Below are positions 53,012 through 64,000 of a stretch of DNA of 64,000 nt, piece after piece; within the stretch, counting starts at the first letter, position 1; each line of letters starts with the position of its first letter. The notes below the pieces were generated by a model, which was not told the DNA's origin, did not search any database, and saw nothing but the letters and a program-made list of their open reading frames with translations. The translations under genes and the position numbers were made by a program. Source of the stretch: the human T2T-CHM13v2.0 reference genome, Homo sapiens; NCBI RefSeq assembly GCF_009914755.1, contig NC_060947.1; one strand, 5' to 3'.

Positions 53012-53494
53012 ACCTGTACTGTCTAGAGTGTGATTATGGGGGATTCACTAGGAAGTGTTTATAGGAAGTTTGAGAAGCTCTCTGGGAGAAAACTCCCCTT
53101 TGGACAAGTAAGATTTGAGGGAAGGTAGTTGGTTCAAAAGCAATAGGCCAGTGGCTCAAGAGAACAATGTCTACCATTCCATCCTCTGACACAGCTCCTA
53201 TAAATTAATACCTTATTCTTCTGGAAATATGGGGTATCCAGAAACCTAATATGTTAAAAAGAGATCTATAAAAAGTCAATATTTTGCTTTAATGAAGGAT
53301 ATTGGGAGGGGTTCATTCAGCTTGATTATGGTGATAATAGCAGTTATTTCTTTATACCCAACAGTGACATCAACAGTGGTAGTCATGATGTTACTGCCTT
53401 CAGTACATAACGTCAGGCAGCAGGGCTCTTGGTGCAAACATTAGCACCAGTAACCTTTATGATCCACCTCTGTGTAGTACCAACAGCACCTAGT

Positions 53495-53745
53495 GAGAGC
53501 ATAATGTTTGCTGTGGATTTAGACCTTCTGAATTAGAATCTTGGCTCCACCACTTTTTATTTTGGGTGAGATTACTTCTTATAACTTCAGTTTCCTTATA
53601 TGGAAATAGGAGAAAATAGTAGTGTCTATTTCAGAGGGTTGTTTTAAACATTAAATAAGCTCTAAATTTATAACCAACTGTAAATCAGTTAGGACAGTGT
53701 TTGGCACATAGTACATACTTATTAACTGTTGGTTATTATTAGTGT
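53495..53745 (+). mobile_element. MIR
   Basis: GAATCTTGGCTCCACCACT..CAGTTTCCTTAT..CAGAGGGTTGTT..TTAGGACAGTGTTTGGCACATAGTA. Confidence 0.75.
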
Positions 53746-54417
53746 TATTATTAATGTTATTATAACTTTTGGTGTTGTCAGACCAGAAGCATTACTTATT
53801 AATGCTGGAGAACCAAATAGCAAAAATGGCATGCCTTTTCATAGTCAAAGTATTTGTAAGAGAGTGAGAGTCTTCCTTAGGAACACGTAATTGTTTGGGA
53901 GGAAAGAGAAGTGGTCCAGAACTAGAGAAAGAACATTCTGAGACTGTCACTTTTCCTTGTAGGCAGAAGAGATCAGAGAAGTACTGGTCACAGTAAATGC
54001 GTTGTTGATGAGGTCACTAGCCTTGGGGGTATTTTCCTTTGGCAACTCGAAAGGTAGAGGAAGTTACCTTTTTGTGTGTTTATCCAAGGGTTGTTTTATT
54101 TAGTTGATGTCAAATGGAACCTAATAGACCTAATGGTTTTGAATAACATTGGTTTGGTTCTTTATTAAATTGAAGTGCCGATTTTCAGAGTTTCAACATT
54201 TGGTAAGTGTCTCCTTTTTCTTTCTGGGCAGCTTTTTCTTTTCCTTCTCTGACTCTACTGTCCTGCATTTCATTCTTTCTAGGCAGCGTGTCTCCTCAAG
54301 TGGAGGTACTCCACTTTATTCTTTTTGTAACTTCAGAATCTAGCCCAGTGCCACACTTTTGACATTTAATTAATTGTTTGTTAGATAAATGAATGAATCC
54401 ACAGAGTATTAGATTTA

Positions 54418-54722
<305 letters not shown>

Positions 54723-55420
54723 AAATATTGGATTTAGATCGACAGACAATGCCATGGAAAATATGGAAAAAATAGAAACCATTCAATGTGTTCAGTGTTT
54801 AGTGATTGCATGCGTAGACACCCATATATTGATTGTTATGTTATTCCCATCAAATTCATCATTTAAAATGAGAACATTAACTTGCTGTAGTGGTTTTATT
54901 TCACTAGATCTGTTTATGTGGGCAGGGACCAACAGGCCATTCATTGGCTATGAATGTTCTATTTCTCCCACATGATATGGAAAACACATTTTTGAGAAGG
55001 AATGAAAAACATTTCCCTAACTGCATAGACTTCTTGTTTCAACCTGTGGTAGAGATTGACTCACTAGTTTGGACATGGGTGTTTACTCTCATCATTCTCT
55101 CAAAAGTGATCAAGAAAATGCAAGGCAACTTTCATCGCTCTTCCCTTTCTAGGTGTGTAACTGGTACTGGAGGATGCAGTGCTTTTCCTCAAACTGCTCT
55201 CTTTCTTGTTGAGTTCAGAGGAAGTCCACTGTGGGCTCACTCTACTGATGCACCAGAAAATGCCAGAAGGGCATCTAGGGCAGAGTTTCTCTCTGGTCTC
55301 ACTCCGGAGACTGGTACTTATCTAAGTTTCCTACCAAGGCTCAAAGGGGAATGGGAGAGAGAATACCCAAGCAGCTCCAACTTAGGTGATGGGTGGAAGC
55401 AAACAAGAAGAGGGAAATGT

Positions 55421-55922
55421 TGCAAAAACAATAGCAAAGACTTGGAACCAACCCAAATGTCCAACAACGATAGACTGGATTAAGAAAATGTGGTACATAT
55501 ACACCATGGAATACTATGCAGCCATAAAAAATGATGAGTTCATGTCCTTTGTAGGGACATGGATGAAACTGGAAACCATCATTCTTAGCAAACTATCACA
55601 AGGACAAAAAACCAAACACCGCATGTTCTCACTCATAGGTGGGAATTGAACAATGAGAACACATGGACACAGGAAGGGGAACATCACACACCGGGGCCTG
55701 TTGTGGGGTTGGGGGACGGGGGGAGGGATAGCATTAGGAGATATACCTAATGCTAAATGACGAGTTAATGGGTGCAGCACACCAACATGGCACATGTATA
55801 CATATGTAAGAAACCTGCACATTGTGCACATGTACCCTAAAACTTAAAGTATAATAATAATAAAATTAAAAAATAAATAAAGAAAAAAAGAAGAAAAAGA
55901 AAACCAAAAAAAAAAAAAAAAA
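55421..55922 (+). mobile_element. L1PA3-like 5'-truncated copy (ORF2 C-terminus, 3'UTR, poly-A)
   Basis: Encodes TIAKTWNQPKCPTTIDWIKKMWYIYTMEYYAAIKNDEFMSFVGTWMKLETIILSKL..GGN*. AATGACGAGTTAATGGG is non-L1HS. TSD AAGAAGAGGGAAATGT (55405-55420) / AGGAAGAGGGAAACGT (55923-55938). Confidence 0.95.
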
Positions 55923-56963
55923 AGGAAGAGGGAAACGTGAATGCGTTGCAGTTGAGCAGCACTGATCTAGAGAATCCCCATCTTTGAGATCCCAGTTAAT
56001 TGAATATTAATGACAGTTTAAAGACCTCCTGCTTCTGTTTAAGTAAGCATTGTAAGTTATCTGCTTCTCAAATTACTTTAGAAACAAACTCAAGGAGAAA
56101 GCATCATCATAGCTTGGGTCTAGCATAGTGCATTAGCTTTGCTCTTGCCCTGCTGATTTAATTGACCCAGTAAGCATGCTTGAGGTGTTTGGGGTTGTAA
56201 TTAAAGTTGTGGCGCCTGGAAAATCCTCCTTCTGTTATTATATTTTTTTCTAAAATAAACTATCCTAGCTCACCAAACTTGTGGGGCTAATTAGAGCCTA
56301 ATTAAAGTTACTTGTTTCTATTTTAAAATCTGCCCACTGAGAGAGCCGCAAGGCAGGAGGGAACATATTTTTAAAGTGACAGTTCTAAAAATGCTTCTTA
56401 CCCTAGTCCCTGAGCTGCACTGTTCTAATTCATGCACTGATTTATTTCCAATGAGAATAACAACCTGCCTCTGTCTTCACTGAAGCTTTGCTCCCCAGGC
56501 CCCATCTCATTTAGCTGTGTGAAAGGATTTGCTTCATGAACAAAATACTTTTCTTTGTCATGCATCTTTCTGTTGGAGAAACTGACCACTGCATACAGAG
56601 GGGAAGTAATCCAGAAAAGGGCTCATGAAAATATCTGATGCACAGAGACCAGGAATCAGTACAGTGCTGTATCTGAAGAGGAAAAGAGCATTGCATTTGT
56701 TGAGGACTTATCATGTGGTAGATGTGTTTCCGAACAGTTATAGGTAAGGAAATAGGAAGCAAGAAAGGGTGAAATTAGCTGCCTAAGGCCCTACAGCTAA
56801 TAGTGGTGGATCCCGAATCCAAAGCAAGGTCTGATTCAAACTCTTACCAGGTTTCCATGATCCCTCCTGAGAAGTTGCATGTTCCCCAGCCAGGCATTGC
56901 CTGTTACCAAGGCAGTAACCGACTCTCTGCCTCCAGGGTTCTTCTTTTGTAAAATGGAAATAG

Positions 56964-57326
56964 CAGTGCTCATTTCCTTGATTTAGGAGGTTAAACTTTA
57001 CAATGGTGCAAAAGCGATATTCATTCAGTAGAAAGTATACTTGAAATTCAGAATTTTGATCTTTTCTTGGGCCAGTGATATGCAATGTGATACTCTCTCA
57101 AGGTGCTGGGCAAAGGCAGCCAGCCACTGCTCCCAGTCAGCCAAGCAGTCACAAAGGTAAACAAGCCACACTCTCCATTGTACTGGTTGCCAGCATTTTT
57201 TTGATATTGTGTTTTGTAGTTTTGCATTTCTTCATGTCTACAAAATGCCCGTTGTCAACTTACTGTATTTTCAACTTATGCTGGGTTTATTGGGACATGA
57301 CCTTATCAAAAGCAAAGGAGCATCTG
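56964..57326 (-). mobile_element. MER47B-like (Tigger5-derived) MITE
   Basis: CTTTACAATGGTGCAAAAGCGATA..CATTCAGTAGAAA..GAATTTTGATCTTTTC..TTCAACTTATG.TGGGTTTAT.GGGAC..GAGCATCTG(TA). Confidence 0.8.
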
Positions 57327-57826
57327 TACCTAGGTTTCCACTTGTCTGAGTTGTGATGAATATCAAGAGAGTGAATTCGAAAGTTCTTTATAAAATGTAA
57401 CACTCACAGATTAGTCTTAGCAGAGCTGTGAATATTTTAAGACCTCTTAATTATTAACCTCTTTAGGGGTATTACTTTAATAATCTTTATGCCAGAGGCA
57501 ACTAAAATACATGTCTTAGCCTATTTCCTTTGGTACAGGTACTTCTGCTAAAAGACGGATCTTCCTTCTAGATAACCGACCCTCTTTACATGAGAACACT
57601 CTGTTATATGTTACTAAAAGATGTTTAACACAGCAGTGGGCCAGCATGATTTGCAGCCTTTCTCTTCCATAATTGTTCCCTGGCTCCAGTTTTTCCTGTG
57701 ACCACTAACAACTCAGGCCAAGGTGTTCTCCTGGTGGCTGGTGTGACTCCCCAGGCAACTTCATATGGTACACCACAGTCTCTCCCACTCCCTCCAAAAG
57801 GAAAGGAAAAGGAGACAGAAGTCAGA

Positions 57827-57988
57827 CAGGGCCTAGACTAGACTGAGGTAAGTAGAGTCCAGGTCATAGCATTTAAGGAAGCAACCATTCTCAGGATCAT
57901 GCGCATGCAGGATTGACACACAAAAGTGAGTGCCTCCTTAAACTTTGTGCCCGGGTGCATCCCTTGCTTTGCTCTAGGCCAGGGCCTG
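57827..57988. mobile_element. MER96-like palindromic hAT MITE
   Basis: CAGGGCC...GGCCTG ends, with internal inverted arms TTTAAGGAAGCA / TGCCTCCTTAAA. Confidence 0.7.
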
Positions 57989-59229
57989 ATCACCAGTGTC
58001 ACAAACATCTTAGAATGTTTGTAAACATTTACTGAGGATCTGTTTCTCATTATAGTCTCTGGTTGTGGCTTTAATTAAGTTTGGATATTTGTTCCTTGTC
58101 GAGACTGTGCCAGTTTTTCATAGCGTATGCCATGCTAGTACAGGATATAGACTATAAGCAAAATAAAATTAGTTACAGTGTATTGATTGCCTACTGAAAA
58201 CCAGGTCTGTAATTAGCAACTCTGCATACATCATTTCTACTAATCACAACTTTTTCCTACATAATGAAACTGATGCTCAGAGAGGTTCAATTCTGTTTGG
58301 CAAACTCTGTATTTGTTGCAGAACTAGAAAAGATAGTTTGATTGGCTATAGTAGGAGAGAGGGTGGCTAAATTCCCTTCCTCTTCTCTGGCTTATTGTCT
58401 GTGGACATTTGAATCATCATTTGGGAATGCTTTACATAAAGAGGAAGATGAAGGACACGGAAGGCTCTCAGATCGCCTGATGAGGAATGATAATAAAGTT
58501 CTTGGGTGATTTTATACATAACCAGAAGTACGTTAAGCAGCTGTGTTAGGAGCATGATATAAAATGTATTGGTGTAACTACTCAACCTTTCTTTTCTAAC
58601 TAGACTAAACAGTCACTACTTAAAGGCATTTTACCTGAGTTACAACATTGTATAGATAGTACCAGGGATCAGATTCTATAATCAATCCATTACTACCTAT
58701 TATATTATTGCCATGACTATAATCCTAAAAAACTGTGAAAAGGTTTTGATGGACAAGGGGGATGTTGAAATATATATAATGTTTAGGTGCTGCCAAGAAA
58801 ACCTGGAAGACGTATAAGGTGAGGGCTCTGAAGACATATTATTTAAGCTTTGCCTTGGCTGAGGTTAAGCTTTGGGGTTTATCAACAATTAGCTCTTGTA
58901 TTTTTCTTTCTTTCATTCATTCTGTGTTTCTACAGCAAAAGAAATTGAATAGTCATGCAATGGTCATGGATGGAGCTTTTAGAGTTTCTTAACAGACTGT
59001 GGCATGCGGAGTTACAGTGCTAACAACCTGACTCCACACAGCATTCCAGATAGTATTTCTCAGAAGTAAATGCATATAAGGATATTTGCCCTGACATCAT
59101 GGGGCAAAAAATAGAAATTGCATATATTTAAATTGTTTCATTCAGAAAATAATTATGGTAAAATTATGAAAAAAGATTTAAAACTAGATAAAACCTTTAC
59201 CTTTAGTATGTTCTAGGCTTTGGTCATAG

Positions 59230-59543
<314 letters not shown>

Positions 59544-60799
59544 CTATCGTTTTTTTTGTTGTTGTTTTTTTTTTTTTTTTAAGGCACATAATATATTTCA
59601 GTGAAACAGATAAAGGGCAATGTTGGGCGTAGAACAGGATCAACAGTGACTGAGAAGCTTTGGGTTGAGTGGCAGTGGGCAGAGGAACTGATCTTTCTGA
59701 TTTTTGCAGCACTGACTTCAGCAGTGATGCAAAGCCAATACTTTTCAGAGGAGAGCAGAAGTTTGCAGGCAACTCCAGGGGACGCTTCCCAGCATGAAAC
59801 GAGCAAGAGTCATTCATATATATCTCTTACTGGGAAAGTGGGAAGCTCTGGAGTGGGAAATCTTTGTGTTAGATTACATCCAGTTTCTCAAGTCTGGTTG
59901 TCACAGCAACTGTGAGCATCTCTGGCAGGTAAAACTTCTTGTCTTCTCACCTTCTGTGCCAGTCACTGCACAGATTGAATTTAATTACCTATTGGAATAG
60001 CCTTCCAGAGTCTGACTGCAAGCCTTGCTCATAAGGCAGCGTTAGAGAAAATCTGGATTCACTAAAAATCTCTGAAAACCATTTTGTTTTTGTTGTACAA
60101 AACGTTGTTCCCTTGCCTTTGTGTAATTGTAAGAAAACTGCTTTCTCTATTTACGTCAAATTGCCTAATTAATACTAATAAAATTGTGGCATCTACATAG
60201 ACTTTACAAAAATGTTGGGGTCACAAAACATAAAATATATCATTATATTTTCCCCCATTTTATAGACATGTACATACAGGATTTACCAGTTTGTACATTA
60301 TATTAGGGTGAGCTAGTTACAGTATTAGCCTAAGATCAAAGAGGGGGAGATTCCCTTTGTTATATTATTCTCATAATCTCCAGTACCAGTAGAAAAGGAG
60401 CTATATGAGGTTGAGCTACATATTGTCCATAACATGCATACATACACACACTTATATGCATTCTCTAGGAGAAGTGGCAAAGTAAGTATAAATTAGAACA
60501 AAAACTACCATGACATTGAGATATTGGCTCCTTCCTGCTTCTTCCTGAATCTTGACATGAGCAGACTCAGGCATAGATAAATTAAATGTTGGTACCACTC
60601 AGGGTGGATATTTTTGCCATTTGTTAATATATGCTAAGTGCATTCTCGGAAATGTATGATGGGAAAAACATACATGTTAAGATTTAGATCACCAGAGGGA
60701 AGAGTTGCCCATGCCGTAGCATGTATGGACAACCTAATCAGCAGAACAAAATTTTACACATGTGTCAATTATAATGAGGACAAAAAGGCCTGTTTAAAA

Positions 60800-63775
60800 A
60801 AACACTTTATTAAGATATGATTGACATGTAAACAGCTGTACATATTTAATTTATACAACCCCATAATTTTGGGGACAAGTACACACTCATGAAATCATCA
60901 CCACGATAAAGGCCATAGGTATATCCATCACCTCCCAAAGATTTCTCCCACCTCCTCTATTATAATTACTTTTTGTGGTAAGAACACTTAACGTCAGATA
61001 TACTCACTTCGAAAATTCTAAGTATATAATAGAGTACTGGTAGCTATATACACTATGCTTTATAGTAGATCTACAGAACTTATTCATCTCGTACAACTGA
61101 AACATTGTACCCTTTGACCATCATCTCCTGAGGTCCCCTCCCCTAGTCCCTGACGACCACTCTTCTATCCTTTGTTTCTATGAGTTGGATTAGTCTAGAT
61201 TCCAAATATAAGTGAGATCATGCAGTATTTGTGTTTCTGTGCCTAGCTTATTTCACTTAACATTCTTTCTCAAGGTCCATCATATTGTGGCAAATGTCAG
61301 GATTACCTCTTCATTTTTGAGGCTGAAAAATATTCCATTTATATATAGAACATATTTTAAACATCTATTCATCTGTCAAGAGATATTTAGGTTGTTTTCA
61401 CATCTTGGCTATTGTGAATAATGCCATGATGAACAGGGGAATGCAGATACCTCTTTGAGATCCCGATTTCAATTCCTTCGAATAAATATCTAGATGTGGG
61501 ATTGCTGGGTCATAATTAGTTCTATTTTAAAGTTTTTGAGGCTTCGTCATACTGTTTTCCACAATGGCTGTACCAATTTACATTGCCAAGACCAGTGTAC
61601 CAGGATCACATTTCTCTGAATTATTGCCAACATTTATATTTTGTTGTTCTAATAATAGTTATCCTAACAGGTGTGAGGTGATATCTCCTTGTGGTTTTAA
61701 TTTGCATTTGCTTGATGATTAGTGATACTGAGCATCGTTTTATATACCTGTTGGCCATTTGAATGTCTTCTTTGGAGAAACGTTTATTGAGATCTTTGCA
61801 CATTTGCTAATTTTTAAATTGTGTTATTATTATTATTATTTTGCCCTTCAGTTGTAGGAGTTCCTTATATATTTTGGAAATTAACCCCTTATCAGATATA
61901 TGGTGTTTTAGCTCAAGTTTCTATAACAAAATACCATAAACTGGGTAGCTAATAAACAATAACAATTTATTTTTTAAATATCTGGGGGCTGGAAGTCAAA
62001 GGCCAGGATGAAAAGATGCTTGAGTTCTTATGACAGCCCTCTTCTGGGTTGTAGACTGTCTATTTCTCCTTGTATCCTCACATGGCAAAGAACACAGAGA
62101 GGAAGCAAGCTTTCCTGTGACTCTTAAGGGCACTAATCCCGTTCATGAGGGCTTCGCCCACATAATCTCATCTAATTGTAATTACTTTTCAAAGTCTCCA
62201 TCTCCTAATACCATCACTTTGTGGGGTAGGGCTTTAATATATAAATTTAGGAGGGATACAAACATTCAGTTTATATCATATGCATTGCAAATAATTCTCC
62301 CATTCCATAGGTTGTCTTTTCATTTTGTGGATTGTTTATTTTGCTGTGCCTAAGCTTTATAGTTTATTGTCATTCCACTTTTATGTTTGCTTTTGTTGCT
62401 TGTACTTTTGGTGTCACTTCCAAAAAATCATTGCCAAGACCAAAGTCAAGGAACTTTTCTACTATGTTTTCTTCTAAAAGATTTATGGTTTCAGATCTTA
62501 CATTTTTAAGTCTTTAAATTCATTTTGAGTTAATTTCTGTGTGTGTGTATGTGTGTTGTAAGATACGGGATCAAATTCATTGTTTTGCCTGTGGATATCC
62601 AGTTTTCCCAACATCATCTATTGAAGAGAGTATCATTTCCCCATTGTGTATTCTTGGCCACCTTGTCAAAGATTAGTTGACTGTATATAGGTGGTTTATT
62701 TCTGAGCTCTCAAATCTGTTCCATTGGTGTATGTGTCTGTTTTTATTCATGTACCATCAATGTTGTTTTGATTACTATAACTTTGTAATATAATTTGAAA
62801 GCAGGAAGTATGATGCCTCCACCTTTGCCCCTTTTGTTGAAAATTGCTTTTGCTATTCTTGGTCCCTTGTGGTTTTATAAGATTTTACGATTTTTTTTTC
62901 CTATGTCTGTGAAAAATGCCACTGGAATTTTGAAAGGGATTTAATTGAATCTGTAGATTGTTTTTGGTAGTATAGACATTTAACAGTACTAATTATTTTA
63001 ATCCATGAACACAGGATATCTTTCCATTCATATGTGTCATCTTTAATTTCTTTTGTCAATATTTTATGTTTTAAGCATATAGATCCCTTGTTACTTTTAT
63101 TCCTAAGTATTCTTTTTGATGCTATCGTAAATGGAATTATTTACTTGATTTCTTTTTTGGATAATTCATTGATAGTGTATGGAACACAATTAATTGTTGT
63201 TTGTTGATTTTGTATCCTTCAATCTTACTGAATTCATTTGCTAGTTTTAATAGTGTTTTGGTGGAGTTTTTGGAGGTTTTCATTTATAAGATCCTCTCAT
63301 CTGTAAACGAAGACAATTTTACTTCTTCCTTCTCAATTTGGATACCTTTTATTTCTTTTGCTTGCATCATTGTTCTGGCTATCACTTCCAGTACAGTGTT
63401 AAATAAAATGGTGACCATGAGCACCTGGGTCTTGTTCCTGATCTTAGAGGAAAAGCTTTTAGCTTTTCACCATTGAGTACGACTTTAGCTGTGGGCTTGT
63501 TATATACAGACTTTATCATGTTGAGGTAAGTCCCTTCTGTAAAAAATTTGTTGAGAGTTGTTTTTTTAAAAATATTTTAAATTTTGCAAAATGCTTTTTC
63601 TGTATTTATTGAGATGATCATTTATTTTTATCTTTTTTCCATAAATGCGGTATATCACATTTATAGATTTGCATATGTTGAGCCATCTTTGCATCCCTGG
63701 GATAAATCCCACTTGATCATGATGTGTAATCCTTCTAAGATGCTATTAATTTGGTATACTAGTATTTTACTTAAG
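60800..63775 (-). mobile_element. L1MA9/10-like LINE (3'UTR and decayed ORF2 3' part)
   Basis: Typical antisense L1MA 3'UTR. The minus-strand peptide KDLNKRFSKEDIQMANRYIKRCSVSLII..MQIKTTRRYHLTPVR matches the ORF2 C-terminal region. Confidence 0.9.
61904..62278 (-). mobile_element. MLT1A-like LTR inserted in the L1
   Basis: CTATAACAAAATACCATAAACTGGGT..GGCTGGAAGTC..AAGGGCACTAATCCC..CCTAATACCATCAC..AAACATTCAG. 5-bp TSD TATGG / TATGC. Confidence 0.85.
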
Positions 63776-64000
63776 ATTTTGTTATTGATGCATAATAGGT
63801 ATACATAGTTTTGGGGTTCATATAATAATTTAATACGTTCATATATTTGTAAATATTAAATAAATGTACTTGGGATACCTATCACCTTAAATATTTGTCT
63901 TTTTATGCTAGAACCATTTCAATTCTTCTCTTGTAGCTATTTTGAAATATACAATAGATTATTGTAAACTATAGTCACCCTACTGAACTATCTAACACTA
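63776..64000 (-). mobile_element. Second L1MA-type 3' end (runs off the window)
   Basis: TATTGATGCATAATAGGTATACATA..TAGCTATTTTGAAATATACAATAGATTATTGTAAACTATAGTCACCCTACTG. Confidence 0.8.

Noticed and set aside
54944-55483. 179-aa ORF, the longest in the window
   Set aside because: It has a non-ATG start and no recognisable domain, and it runs out of frame into the L1PA insertion. Consistent with a chance ORF.
55386-55649. 87-aa ORF with strong protein-like sequence
   Set aside because: It is the L1 ORF2p C-terminus of a 5'-truncated copy fused to flanking sequence and cannot encode a functional ORF2p.
55692-55728. G-quadruplex-like G-tracts
   Set aside because: This is the normal G-rich segment of the L1PA 3'UTR and is not locus-specific.
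59595-59935. Possible exon (AG near 59601, CAG/GTAAA near 59928) with overlapping ORFs
   Set aside because: The splice signals are generic and there is no protein similarity. It cannot be supported without transcript data.

Overview
This 64-kb window is AT-rich, CpG-depleted primate non-coding genomic DNA, most likely human or another ape because L1PA3-like copies are present. I can support no cellular protein-coding exon, RNA gene, CpG island or CRISPR array. It is dominated by transposable-element fossils: nine Alus, two short young L1PA-type 3' ends (one with a twin-priming inversion), the orphaned 5' half of an L1PB/L1MA-type LINE, a 3-kb L1MA 3' portion, a probable HAL1, many MaLR/ERVL/ERV1 solo LTRs, hAT and Tigger MITEs, and MIR/L2 relics, plus several microsatellites. 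The only recognisable protein fragments are decayed TE genes (L1 ORF1p, L1 endonuclease, Tigger7 transposase HTH). Subfamily names come from my recall of consensus sequences and need RepeatMasker/Dfam confirmation. The sequence does not support a new biological system. The most interesting items are a ~530-bp composite insertion with a 9-bp duplication and no recognisable element ends, deeply nested insertions with readable TSDs, abutting hAT-Charlie MITEs, an ABAB mini-repeat, and several repeat-free blocks rich in homeodomain motifs that may be developmental enhancers.
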